Part shown: one piece after another, positions 8,032 to 16,801 of the stretch
Layout: each line of letters begins with the position of its first letter
How positions within the stretch are numbered: position 1 is the first letter of the stretch
Source: an uncultured Christensenellaceae bacterium
GTDB lineage: Bacteria > Bacillota > Clostridia > Christensenellales > Christensenellaceae
DNA: 64,000 bases
Assembly (NCBI GenBank): GCA_964628515.1
Contig: CAZVNZ010000010.1
Location: 22,190-86,189 of the forward strand
Reading direction: 5' to 3'
The notes under the pieces: model-generated
The model's input: only the letters and a program-made list of their open reading frames with translations
The model's database searches: none
What the model was told of the DNA's origin: nothing
Program-made: the position numbers and the translations under genes

Positions 8032-9525
8032 TTATCTCTTTAAAAGCGAGCCTAAAAGCCCTCTGAAAAGCTGTCTGCCTGCCTCTCTGCCAAAGGAGCC
8101 TATAACGGAGGAGGCGATTTTCTCTGCCTCGGATTTCCTCTTGGTTGATTGCTTTGCATGGGCGCTTTGCTGTTTTGCAAGTTGTTGCTTTTCTTTTAAT
8201 TGCTCAGCTTGCTCCTTTTGTAGAGCCTCTTGTTTTTCCGCTAAAACTTCCTGTTGCTGCAAAATTTCAAAGGCTGAAGTCCTGTCTACCCCTACGTTGT
8301 ATTTGGCGTAAAGTGGGCAAGCGGAAATCAAACTGCTTCTTGTGGCATCGTCAATTATGCTAAAAGAGCTTAGAGGAGGGTACACAAAAGCACGTTCTAC
8401 CACGCAAGGAGCGCCGTTTTCGTCTAATGGTGATATTAACGCTTCGCCGGTGGCAAGTTCTTGTAATACGGTTACCGTGTCAAATGCGGGGTTGGTCCTG
8501 AAGGCTTGGGCAGCTGATTTTAGCGCTTTTTGGTCTTTAGGGGTGTATGCTCTTAAAGCATGTTGGATTTTATTGCCCAGTTGAGAAAGCACACTATCCG
8601 GAATATCCGAAGGGGATTGGGTGATGAAGTAAATACCAACACCTTTAGAGCGTATCAGCTTGGTTATCTGCTCTATTTTTTGCAACAGCTCTTTTGAGGC
8701 GTCTGCAAAGAGTAGGTGCGCTTCATCAAAGAAAAAAACTATTTTGGGCTTGTCGCAATCCCCCACCTCTTCCATATGCTCGTACAACTCGGAAAGCATC
8801 CACAAAAGAAAGGTGGAGTAGAGTAGGGGAGTATTTATAAGCTGAGTACAATCAAGCAAATTAATTATGCCTTTGCCGGTTGAGTCTACTTGTAACCAGT
8901 CGGAAATTTCCAGTGCAGGCTCGCTGAAAAAGTTTTCTCCGCTTTCTTGCTCTAATTGCAAAATAGCACGTTGAATTGCCCCTACCGATTGGGTAGAAAC
9001 GTTGCCGTAAGCGGTTTTATACTCACTACCGCAATCTCCCACATGCTGAACCATCGCCTTTAAATCTTTTAAATCCAAAAGTAGCATTTGTTTGTCGTCC
9101 GCAATTTTAAATATTACGGACATAACGCCCTTTTGTGTATCGTTTAAATTAAGTACACGGGCTAATAAATCGGGGCCTATATCCGAAATTGTGGTGCGGA
9201 CAGGTATCCCTTTTTTGCCGAAAACATCAAAAAACCGCACAGGGTAGCTTGTAAAGCTAAGGTCGGTTAAACCAAATTTCGCAATGCGCTCCTTAAGTTT
9301 ATCGGACATCTCTCCCTTTTTGGCAAGGCTTGAAACATCACCCTTAACATCCGCCAAAAAAACGGGTGTTCCCATTTCGCTAAAGGCTTCCGCAAGCACC
9401 TTTAAGGTTACGGTTTTACCCGTGCCGGTGGCGCCTGCAATAAGTCCGTGCCTGTTTGCCATGTTGGGTAGCAAGCAAACCTCCTTTTCTCCCATTCCGA
9501 TTTTTATTTTGTTATCCGCATACAT
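8032..9525 (-). CDS. DUF853-family P-loop ATPase (HerA-like helicase fold, YjgR-type) with KQ-rich coiled-coil C-terminus
   Basis: 497 aa. The Walker A GATGTGKT lies near the N-terminus and a Walker B FFFDEAH follows. Overall length and C-terminal helical tail fit the HerA_C/DUF853 family. Confidence 0.75.
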   Translation of the reverse strand: MYADNKIKIGMGEKEVCLLPNMANRHGLIAGATGTGKTVTLKVLAEAFSEMGTPVFLADVKGDVSSLAKKGEMSDKLKERIAKFGLTDLSFTSYPVRFFDVFGKKGIPVRTTISDIGPDLLARVLNLNDTQKGVMSVIFKIADDKQMLLLDLKDLKAMVQHVGDCGSEYKTAYGNVSTQSVGAIQRAILQLEQESGENFFSEPALEISDWLQVDSTGKGIINLLDCTQLINTPLLYSTFLLWMLSELYEHMEEVGDCDKPKIVFFFDEAHLLFADASKELLQKIEQITKLIRSKGVGIYFITQSPSDIPDSVLSQLGNKIQHALRAYTPKDQKALKSAAQAFRTNPAFDTVTVLQELATGEALISPLDENGAPCVVERAFVYPPLSSFSIIDDATRSSLISACPLYAKYNVGVDRTSAFEILQQQEVLAEKQEALQKEQAEQLKEKQQLAKQQSAHAKQSTKRKSEAEKIASSVIGSFGREAGRQLFRGLLGSLLKR

Positions 9526-9685
9526 AATTCTTCCTCCGAAAATCCTTTGTTATTTTTAATAATATAGTTAATTTAGTAGGCTATAAAGGGATTTACCGTA
9601 ATTTATGTTATTTTACACAAAAGGTTTTTTAAAAATTGTTCAAACTTTGTTTACTTTAAATTTGCATAAAAATTTAACCTACCAC

Positions 9686-9713
9686 TTGCAAAAAATTGAT
9701 TTTATGATATACT
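9686..9713 (+). promoter_or_regulatory. promoter of SRP RNA: -35 TTGCAA (9686-9691), 16-bp spacer, extended -10 TGaTATACT (9705-9713)
   Basis: The hexamers are read directly. The predicted TSS about 7 nt downstream coincides with the SRP RNA 5' end. Confidence 0.5.
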
Positions 9714-9718
9714 AAAAC

Positions 9719-9990
9719 GTGCCGTACTAAACGGGGAGTTAGCGGTGCCCTGTAACCCACAATCCGCTATAGTGGGGTTGAATTCCGCAACCAGGGTATT
9801 GGTTGTAGGGATGCGAGCAAATAAGGGACGTTGAGAGATGGGTCCTGTGCAATGATGAGCTGTGAACCCTGTCAGGTCCTGACGGAAGCAGCAGTAAGCG
9901 GTAATACTCGTGTGCCGCAGGTTTGCCTGTTTTGAGTCACCTATTTGATTTCCTCCTGTAAGCAATTATTCAAATTGCGGTGTACGGCAT
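9719..9990 (+). ncRNA. ffs: signal recognition particle RNA, long Bacillus-type (about 270 nt, with Alu domain)
   Basis: The 5' region gtgccgtactaaacggggagttagcggtgccctgtaacccacaatccgct matches the conserved Alu-domain 5' sequence of B. subtilis scRNA (gccgtgctaagcggggaggtagcggtgccctgta...caatccgct). The domain IV motif caggtcctgacggaagcagcag corresponds to conserved AGGUCCGGAAGGAAGCAGC. The 5' end (9719-9727) base-pairs with 9982-9990. A minus-strand ORF of 87 aa overlaps it and is rejected as spurious. Confidence 0.8.
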
Positions 9991-10030
9991 TTAAAATTAG
10001 CCAAAGAAATTACAAAGGCTAATCATCATA

Positions 10031-10080
10031 GTAAAAAAGGCTTTAGTATACATAAAATTGTGCTAAAGCCTTATTTTTTT
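10031..10080. terminator. bidirectional intrinsic terminator (10-bp stem aaggctttag / ctaaagcctt, A-tract upstream, T8 downstream)
   Basis: Perfect 10-bp stem 10037-10046 / 10064-10073. It terminates amaP (-) and SRP RNA (+). The arms extend into the ATCATCA / TGATGAT motif pair. Confidence 0.6.
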
Positions 10081-10110
10081 TATGGTGATGATGTTATAAA
10101 AGCAACCGCC

Positions 10111-10611
10111 TTAAACGGTTTTAGGCTCGGATGCGTTTTGTACAATTACGTTGGTTTTGCCCACAACAATACCCGTTTTTTCGCTAACATAGGTTGTTAC
10201 TTCGTCCTTTAGCCTCTGTGTTACGGCGGCAACATCTGCCGTGGGGCGTAGAGAAACTTTAAGGTTTATTTCCACAATATTGTCGTAAGGCACCACATTT
10301 ACGTGTACGCTTGCAACATCAAAGTATTTTTGAATGTATTTTAGTGCGTGGTCTTCCACTACTTTTACAGAAATTAGCACCTCGCCTGTCTCGCTGTTTC
10401 CTATTCTTATGGTTTTAAATGCCTGTTGCTTTTGCTTAAAAAACAACAGCCAAATACCAACTGCAATAAATACTATAAGTATTATTTTAAATAAAACATT
10501 AAGCTGGTGGTAAAACACACTTATGTCAAATGCTCCCGTTGCGGAAATAAGTAAAAATACACAAAATACCACTACTGCTATAATGTATATAAATGTTGCC
10601 TTTGTTTTCAT
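10111..10611 (-). CDS. amaP: alkaline shock response membrane anchor protein AmaP
   Basis: 166 aa with two N-terminal TM helices and a C-terminal Asp23-like segment. It sits downstream of an Asp23 gene with its own TATAAT promoter and RBS acggagg. Confidence 0.65.
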   Translation of the reverse strand: MKTKATFIYIIAVVVFCVFLLISATGAFDISVFYHQLNVLFKIILIVFIAVGIWLLFFKQKQQAFKTIRIGNSETGEVLISVKVVEDHALKYIQKYFDVASVHVNVVPYDNIVEINLKVSLRPTADVAAVTQRLKDEVTTYVSEKTGIVVGKTNVIVQNASEPKTV

Positions 10612-10882
10612 TCTAAATAGCCTCCGTTTATTTGAGGTTTGTAACTTTATACTTGCTATTATAGTATCACAAACAACAAATTAGTGCAATCCTACTCTAA
10701 TTTGTTGAAGGCTTAATACGCAAAATTTTCTGATTAAGGCTTTACTAAAAGGCAAGCAAAAACTGCTTAAATAAGCCCACAAGCCCAAAAACCCGTTTGC
10801 TCTCTAAAAATAACTGCAAAGCCACTAAAGTAGTGCATTCACTAATCATCACAAAAAGGCAAAATACACCTAAAGGGTAAAA

Positions 10883-11338
10883 TTATTTTACCCGTGGCTC
10901 TATTTGCTTTGGCTTATTTTTAGGCGTCGGTCTAACCATTGGGGGCAGATGCTCGTCGGAAACACTTATGCCTAATACGTTAATGTTTACTTCCACAACT
11001 TTTAGCCCTGTCATAGTTTCTACCGCATTAATTACGCTGTCTTGTATGTTTTTTGCAACCTCTTGTATGGCAACGCCGTAGTTTACTATCATAGCAATGT
11101 CTATTGCCACTTCCTGTGTGCCCACCTCTACTTTAATGCCCTTTGCAATGTTTTTCTTGCCAAGTAGCTCTGCTATGCCGTCCACAAGCCCACCGCTCAT
11201 ACCTGCTACGCCCGGAATATCCACCGCCGCCAAGCCTGCAATCGTTGCAATAACATCGCTTGCAAATGTAACCGTACCGTTACTGTTTAAAGCATTTTCG
11301 TTTGTTGTTAAATCTGTTTGTGCCATATTAACCTCCAT
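10883..11338 (-). CDS. Asp23/Gls24 family envelope stress response protein
   Basis: 151 aa. The central region DVIATIAGLAAVDIPGVAGMSGGLVDGIAELLGKKNIAKGIKVEVGTQEVAIDI matches the conserved Asp23 (DUF322) core. Confidence 0.85.
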   Translation of the reverse strand: MEVNMAQTDLTTNENALNSNGTVTFASDVIATIAGLAAVDIPGVAGMSGGLVDGIAELLGKKNIAKGIKVEVGTQEVAIDIAMIVNYGVAIQEVAKNIQDSVINAVETMTGLKVVEVNINVLGISVSDEHLPPMVRPTPKNKPKQIEPRVK

Positions 11339-11577
11339 AGCTTTTATTATATGTATATTTGTATCTTAAAGTAAAAAATGTATTGATTTTTATGTATAGC
11401 TATATTTTAAACTAAAACTACTGTAAATATGCGAATAATTTGTAAACTTTCTATTACTTTTCCTAATTGAAATTTACATTATTTTACCGTTATTGTCAAT
11501 AAAAAATCCTGTTTTGCAATTATGATATTTTAATTTGCAAAAATTTGGAATATTTCCATTTTTTCCTAAATAAATTG

Positions 11578-11625
11578 TTGACAAACCTTCCAAATGGTGT
11601 ATACTGTATATATACAATATACACG
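11578..11625 (+). promoter_or_regulatory. promoter (TTGACA 11578-11583; TATACT 11600-11605) followed by AT palindrome GTATATATAC/ATATACAC, a candidate GntR (YtrA-like) operator
   Basis: Hexamers and the palindrome are read directly. The element is upstream of an ABC-ATPase/permease/GntR operon, matching the YtrA autoregulation arrangement. Confidence 0.45.
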
Positions 11626-11647
11626 GTTGAACAATGGAGGTACTTGT

Positions 11648-12493
11648 ATGTTAGAAGTAGATAATTTGTGTAAAAGCTACAAATCCTTTAATTTAAGCAA
11701 TGTTAGTTTTAAATTGGAAGAAGGCTATATAATGGGGTTTATAGGCGCAAACGGTGCAGGCAAAACCACCACCTTAAAATGTATACTAAACATCGCAAAT
11801 AAAGATGAGGGAAAGGTAAATATATTTGGTAAGGATATGGATGTGTTCGAGGAGGACATAAAGCAGGACATCGGCTTTATGCAAGGGGAGTTTGACTATT
11901 ACGCAAAAACTAAAATACAAAAGATTGTAAAGGTGTACAGCAGTTTTTACAAAAATTGGGATAATGCTGTTTACAGGAAGTATTTAAAACGCTTTGCCAT
12001 AGACGAAAACAAAAAAGTAAGCGAGCTTTCCACAGGAATGAAGGTAAAACTTGCCTTAACAATGGCGCTTTCCCACAACGCAAAGTTGTTTATTTTTGAC
12101 GAGCCCACCAGCGGTTTAGACCCACTTGCTCGCAACGAATTATTAGAGCTGTTTGCGGAAATAATTGAGGACGGCAGTCGTAGTATTTTATTTTCCACAC
12201 ACATAACCTCGGACTTGGACAAATGTGCAGATTACATAATCTTTATAAAGGAAGGCAAGCTAATTGCAAACACCTCAAAAGACGATTTAACGGCGTCTCA
12301 CAAATTAGTGGGGGGAAGCAACGAATACTTGACTGACGGTTTAAAAAAGCGAATGGTGGGGTATAAGGAAAATAAATTCGGATTTCATGGGCTTATTAAA
12401 ACATCGGATTTGTTGCCGGAGGATAATATTAATGTGGAAACACCCAACATCGAGGACATAATGTTGTTTTATTTGGAGGCAAAAAATGATTAA
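11648..12493 (+). CDS. ABC transporter ATP-binding protein (YtrB-like)
   Basis: Walker A GANGAGKTT, ABC signature LSTGMKVKLAL and Walker B LFIFDEPTSGLD are all present. I chose the start at ATG 11648 (MLEVDNL...) with RBS ggagg. The track ORF begins at 11594 but lacks an RBS there. Confidence 0.85.
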   Translation: MLEVDNLCKSYKSFNLSNVSFKLEEGYIMGFIGANGAGKTTTLKCILNIANKDEGKVNIFGKDMDVFEEDIKQDIGFMQGEFDYYAKTKIQKIVKVYSSFYKNWDNAVYRKYLKRFAIDENKKVSELSTGMKVKLALTMALSHNAKLFIFDEPTSGLDPLARNELLELFAEIIEDGSRSILFSTHITSDLDKCADYIIFIKEGKLIANTSKDDLTASHKLVGGSNEYLTDGLKKRMVGYKENKFGFHGLIKTSDLLPEDNINVETPNIEDIMLFYLEAKND

Positions 12494-13127
12494 CGTATTT
12501 AAAAAAGAGATTGCAATTACAATTTCTCCCATAGCTTATATACTGTTTTTTACCGCTGTAATGCTGTTAATACCCACGTATCCCTACGTTGTGGGGGTAA
12601 GCTATGTCTTGTTTTTCCTCTCGCTGACAATCAATAGAGAATACAAAGACACGGAATTTATGCTTATACTTCCCCTAAAACGAGACAGAATAGTTATGGC
12701 AAAGCATTTTAGCGTAATTTATTTGGAGATACTCCAACTACTTGTGGCAATACCCTTTGCCATTATAAACAGAAATATGTATGCGGACGGTAACGCTATT
12801 TTTATGAATGCGGGTCCCACCTTTTTTGGAGCGGTATTAGTGGCTTACGGCTTTTTTAATCTAATATTTTTAACGAGTTTCTTTAAAACGGGGTATAAAA
12901 TAGGAATACCTTATTTGATTGCAATAATTGTTTATTTGCTGATAGCGGCTTTAGTCGAGATTATAATAATACTAAACCCTGCAATAAACAATGCCATAGA
13001 CAGCTTAAACCCACAAAATTTACCTTACGAAATTATAGTGCTTGCAGTGGGAATCGGCTTGTTTGTACTGCTAAACACACTTTCTTATAAAATATCCGTT
13101 AAGCGATTTAATAAGGTGGATTTATAA
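12486..13127 (+). CDS. ABC-2 type transporter permease / membrane protein (YtrC-like)
   Basis: 213 aa with about 6 TM segments. It overlaps the ATPase stop by 8 nt (translational coupling). Confidence 0.65.
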   Translation: MINVFKKEIAITISPIAYILFFTAVMLLIPTYPYVVGVSYVLFFLSLTINREYKDTEFMLILPLKRDRIVMAKHFSVIYLEILQLLVAIPFAIINRNMYADGNAIFMNAGPTFFGAVLVAYGFFNLIFLTSFFKTGYKIGIPYLIAIIVYLLIAALVEIIIILNPAINNAIDSLNPQNLPYEIIVLAVGIGLFVLLNTLSYKISVKRFNKVDL

Positions 13128-13157
13128 TAGATTAAAATCTAATTTAGGATGTAGAAG

Positions 13158-13535
13158 ATGTTAAAAATAGTTATTTCTCAAAAAAGCGAAACACCTATTT
13201 ACGAGCAATTATACCAACAGCTCTCCTCTCAAATAATGAGGGGGGAGCTTAATGCCGATTTTTGCTTGCCTTCCATACGTTTGGTGGCAAAAGAGCTGGG
13301 TATAAGCGTTATCACCGTAAAAAAAGCGTGGGAGCTTTTAGAGGCTAAAGGGTTTATATACACCCAAGGGGGCAAGGGGTGTTTTGTTGCGTCCTTGCCT
13401 ACCACAATGCTGGAAGAAAAGCTTATTGTAACGGCAAAAGAGCAGTTTAGTAAAGAGGTGGATTTTTACAAGGGTTTGGGGCTTACTTTAGAGGAATTTA
13501 TTACTATTGTAAAAGAAATTTACAACGATAAATAA
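13158..13535 (+). CDS. GntR family transcriptional regulator (YtrA subfamily, short C-terminal domain)
   Basis: 125 aa. GntR winged HTH ...IRLVAKELGISVITVKKAWELLEAKGFIYTQGGKGCFVA. The small size is typical of YtrA-like regulators at the end of ABC operons. Confidence 0.85.
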   Translation: MLKIVISQKSETPIYEQLYQQLSSQIMRGELNADFCLPSIRLVAKELGISVITVKKAWELLEAKGFIYTQGGKGCFVASLPTTMLEEKLIVTAKEQFSKEVDFYKGLGLTLEEFITIVKEIYNDK

Positions 13536-13546
13536 AAATTTTAAAA

Positions 13547-14635
13547 TTACAGCAACTCCTCTACCTGCGCCTTATTATCAAACAAAGCGCATCCACCTTT
13601 ATGCACCGCCCCCACAAGACCGCTTGCCTTCAGTTTTGCAAATAAAGGGGATTTTAGCATTTCTGCTAAAGAATGTGTGGCTAAATTAACATCCGAGTAA
13701 GGGGCAAAGGGGCAAGCCTCTCCATCGCCGTAAGGGTTGATGTGGAAAAACCCTCTGCCACCCGCAAGGCAACCGCCCATATACTTTTCGTCGCCGGGAA
13801 AGGCAAGAAAAAGCAACTCGCTAAAAGTATCCCTAAGATTATTTAGAGTACAGTCGAAGCTATCCCGAGCGGTATCATCCAAAGCCAAACCTTCCGTGCC
13901 TTCTTCCATAGGCACATATTCCACGAAAAACACGATTTTACAGCCAAAACTTACTAATTCACGCAAAAACACTTCTCCCGTAACCTCCGCTATATTTTTT
14001 GAAGTCACGGTTATCGAAACCCCATACAACACGGATTTTTCCCTTAGTAAAAGCATTTTTTCCTTTAGCATATGGTAGGTGCCCACGCCACGTCTGTCGT
14101 CTGTGGTGCTAACCTCCCCCTCTATGCTAAGCACGGGAATTAGGTTTCTGTTATCATCAAAAAGTGCGGTATACTTCGCATTTATAAGGGTACCGTTGGT
14201 AAAAACGGGAAACACAATGCGTTTGTGTTTTGCCGCCGCAACAACCACGTCCTTGCGCAAAAGTGGCTCTCCGCCGGCAATTATGCTAAAGCCGATGCCA
14301 AGCGCCTCTGCCTGTGTAAAAACATCATCCCATTGCTGTGCCGTAAGCTCGTTTTTTTCATGATGATGATGTTTGGCGGTTGCCTTTGCGTAACAGCCTA
14401 CGCAATTTAGGTTGCAAGCGGTAACTATGCTTAAAATAAGAAAGGGGGGTATATGAAGTCCCTGCTTTTCCAACTTACTTTTTAGCTTTTCGTTTGCCTT
14501 GTTGTAGCCTGCATACTTAATTATAAAAGCCGTTTCCTTAGGGCTTTTTAAGGTGTTTTTAAGTACGCCGTTAATAATTTTTTGTATTTCTTTGTTAAAA
14601 TACAAGTAAAGTTCGCTTTCTGTTATTTCAGCCAT
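13547..14635 (-). CDS. radical SAM enzyme with C-terminal Cys-rich (SPASM/twitch-like) auxiliary cluster domain
   Basis: 362 aa. CX3CX2C motif ACNLNCVGCY at about residue 74, then GGEPLL. Additional cysteines GGCLAGG...GEACPF...GGCALF lie near the C-terminus. It is the last gene of the nucleotide-sugar operon. Confidence 0.7.
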   Translation of the reverse strand: MAEITESELYLYFNKEIQKIINGVLKNTLKSPKETAFIIKYAGYNKANEKLKSKLEKQGLHIPPFLILSIVTACNLNCVGCYAKATAKHHHHEKNELTAQQWDDVFTQAEALGIGFSIIAGGEPLLRKDVVVAAAKHKRIVFPVFTNGTLINAKYTALFDDNRNLIPVLSIEGEVSTTDDRRGVGTYHMLKEKMLLLREKSVLYGVSITVTSKNIAEVTGEVFLRELVSFGCKIVFFVEYVPMEEGTEGLALDDTARDSFDCTLNNLRDTFSELLFLAFPGDEKYMGGCLAGGRGFFHINPYGDGEACPFAPYSDVNLATHSLAEMLKSPLFAKLKASGLVGAVHKGGCALFDNKAQVEELL

Positions 14636-14662
14636 TATATCTCCGATATTTTTGGTGGTTTG

Positions 14663-15952
14663 TTAATTAAGCCTTTTAAATCCGCTGTGGCAGACCTCTC
14701 CGTCAAGGGTTACGCCTTTTGCTTTAATTGTAGCAAACACCTCGTCCGTTGCCTGCAAATACCTGTCAATATCCTCATTTGTGTGAGCATAAGAGGCATA
14801 AAAGGCGGTGGTGGCAAGAAAACCTTTTTTAAGCATTTCCTGAGTGTAAAAGGTTTTGTACACTAAAGGCTCGCCCACCTCAAAACTAAAGTGAGACAAA
14901 GGGTAAATACCGCCTGTGTGTATTTTTAGCCCGTGTTTTTCCCCTTTTTGTCTCCAACCCTCCTGCACCTTTTTGCCCATTTCTTCAAGATGCTTTTCCA
15001 CCTTGTTTTTTTCGTAAAAATCGATGGTGGCAAGTGCGGCGCAAAAGCCTATGCGTTCCGTCCAATAGGTAGAGGAAATAAAGCTTGTTTGTGCGGCATT
15101 CATAACTTCTTTTGTGCCTATAATTGCGGTTAGTGGGTAGCCGTTGCCTAAAGCCTTGCCAAATACGGCAATATCGGGATTAACCCCAAGCAGTAGGTGA
15201 GAGCCTCCGCAATTAAGCCTAAAGCCTGCGGTAATTTCGTCAAAAATAAGCACTATGCCCTTCTCTTTGGTGTAACTTCTTATTTGCTCCAAAAAGTTTT
15301 CTTTTGGCATATCGTTTCTTATAGGCTCCATAACCACGGCGGCAACTTCCCCTTCGTTTGCCTTTGCAACCGTAAAAAACTCGTCTGTATTGTTGTAGTA
15401 AAAGGGGATGTTTGTACCCTTTAAACCCTTAGGCACTCCGGATGGAGCAAGCCCGGGGAGTAGATGGTCTTTTAAATCGTCCCCTGTTATATTTGCGGCT
15501 AAATACCAATCTTGCCAACCGTGATAACCGCAAAAAAGCACTTTATCTTTTCCTGTATAGGCACGTGCAATACGCACCGCCTGTGCCATCGCCTCTCCTC
15601 CTGCTTTTGCGTACCTTACCATATCCGCCCATTTGTGAATATCCAATAATTTATTTGCAAGGTACACTTCTTCCGGGGCGTTTAATGTGGACATATTGCC
15701 CTTTGCTATTGCCTCTTTTACCGCATCATCTATTTGCGGTACGCAATAGCCTAAAATGTTTGCGCCTATACCCATATAAGATGTGTCTGTATATTCCGTG
15801 CCGTCTAAATCCCACACCTTACAGCCTTTTGCCCTGTCGTAATATGCCGGCCAAAACTCCGGTAAAAACTGCTCCGGACGCTTAGATAAAAGCTGTGTAC
15901 CCCCCGGTATTATTTTTTTTGCTTCTTTGTATAAATCCTGTCCTGTTCCCAT
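14663..15952 (-). CDS. class III PLP-dependent aminotransferase (glutamate-1-semialdehyde 2,1-aminomutase-like)
   Basis: 429 aa with GSA-AT-type motifs: YMGIGANILGY, LIFDEITAGFRLN, VFGKALGNGYPL. Confidence 0.8.
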   Translation of the reverse strand: MGTGQDLYKEAKKIIPGGTQLLSKRPEQFLPEFWPAYYDRAKGCKVWDLDGTEYTDTSYMGIGANILGYCVPQIDDAVKEAIAKGNMSTLNAPEEVYLANKLLDIHKWADMVRYAKAGGEAMAQAVRIARAYTGKDKVLFCGYHGWQDWYLAANITGDDLKDHLLPGLAPSGVPKGLKGTNIPFYYNNTDEFFTVAKANEGEVAAVVMEPIRNDMPKENFLEQIRSYTKEKGIVLIFDEITAGFRLNCGGSHLLLGVNPDIAVFGKALGNGYPLTAIIGTKEVMNAAQTSFISSTYWTERIGFCAALATIDFYEKNKVEKHLEEMGKKVQEGWRQKGEKHGLKIHTGGIYPLSHFSFEVGEPLVYKTFYTQEMLKKGFLATTAFYASYAHTNEDIDRYLQATDEVFATIKAKGVTLDGEVCHSGFKRLN

Positions 15953-16015
15953 GTTTGTAATCTCCTGTCGGTAAATCTGTCGTTGATTTAATTACTGTAT
16001 TTGGTTTGCCAACCT

Positions 16016-16771
16016 TTAGTCGGTAATTTTTTCGTCGTTGGCAAGGGATTTTGCAAGCCCCTCGTTTCTTGCGTATTTTGCGTTTAAATTCCTTAAATTA
16101 GGGTGCATATCAAGAAAATCAAGTATATCTTTCGTGTAAAACTCCCTATTTTTAAAGTGAGCGTAAATTTCGCTTATTAGTGCATAGTCTTCCTTTTCGT
16201 CCAAGGTAAACCGCTCTTTGTTTAAATTTCCCAGCGGACATATAAAATCCTGCAACTTAAACAGCTTTGGGTTGTTTCTCATAAATAAAGTTACATGCTC
16301 TCTTTCTGACACCATATCCGCCTCTTGCCATGCTTTTTTTAGTGCCTCAAAGGTAAATATTTCAAGGTCTAAGCCGTCTGCAAGTGTTTCGCTGATTGCA
16401 CCTAAATAGTCCGTGTCGCTATTAAGTTGCTCTATTGCGGTATCCAAAAGCTGTGGGTCAAATAGGGGACAATCTGCGGTAATGCGTATTATATATTTTG
16501 GCTTAATAAGCTTGGCACTTTGGTAGTATCTATCCAATACATCCTCGCTACTTCCGGCAAAAACTCTGTATCCAAGGGTACTTACAAGGTTTAGGGTTGT
16601 AATATCCTCCTTATTAAAAGAGGTTATAACAATTACCTCGTCTACATATTTGCTGTTAGAAACCCTGTCTATAACACGGTTTAGTACCGTTTTGCCTTGC
16701 AAATCCATATGTATTTTATTAGGCAGTCGGGTAGACCCGCTCCTTGCCTGTATTGCCGCTAAAAATTTCAT
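16016..16771 (-). CDS. SpsF-type cytidylyltransferase (CMP-sugar synthetase / acylneuraminate cytidylyltransferase family)
   Basis: 251 aa. N-terminus MKFLAAIQARSGSTRLPNKI closely matches the SpsF / CMP-nonulosonate synthetase signature IQAR-GS-RLP-K. Confidence 0.7.
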   Translation of the reverse strand: MKFLAAIQARSGSTRLPNKIHMDLQGKTVLNRVIDRVSNSKYVDEVIVITSFNKEDITTLNLVSTLGYRVFAGSSEDVLDRYYQSAKLIKPKYIIRITADCPLFDPQLLDTAIEQLNSDTDYLGAISETLADGLDLEIFTFEALKKAWQEADMVSEREHVTLFMRNNPKLFKLQDFICPLGNLNKERFTLDEKEDYALISEIYAHFKNREFYTKDILDFLDMHPNLRNLNAKYARNEGLAKSLANDEKITD

Positions 16772-16801
16772 CTTTATTATCTTTAATAGCTCCTTATTTG
16801 G

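Noticed and set aside
7907-8311. 134-aa plus-strand ORF rich in T/L/C
   Set aside because: It is antisense to the 3' end of the DUF853 ATPase gene and overlaps the acidic-protein gene in another frame. It has low-complexity composition and no RBS.
9702-9965. 87-aa minus-strand ORF
   Set aside because: It lies entirely within the SRP RNA gene, which has a strong primary-sequence match to Bacillus-type scRNA. It has no RBS. It is a spurious ORF through a structured RNA.
10845-10870. Possible Fur/Zur-type metalloregulator box (AATCATCAC resembles the AATCATTATC half-site)
   Set aside because: The motif copies have no dyad symmetry or 7-1-7 architecture. They are positioned 3' of genes rather than at promoters.
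14355-14375. catcatcatcat run resembling the ATCATCAC intergenic motif
   Set aside because: It lies inside the radical SAM coding sequence and encodes HHHH on the minus strand. It is not an intergenic motif copy.
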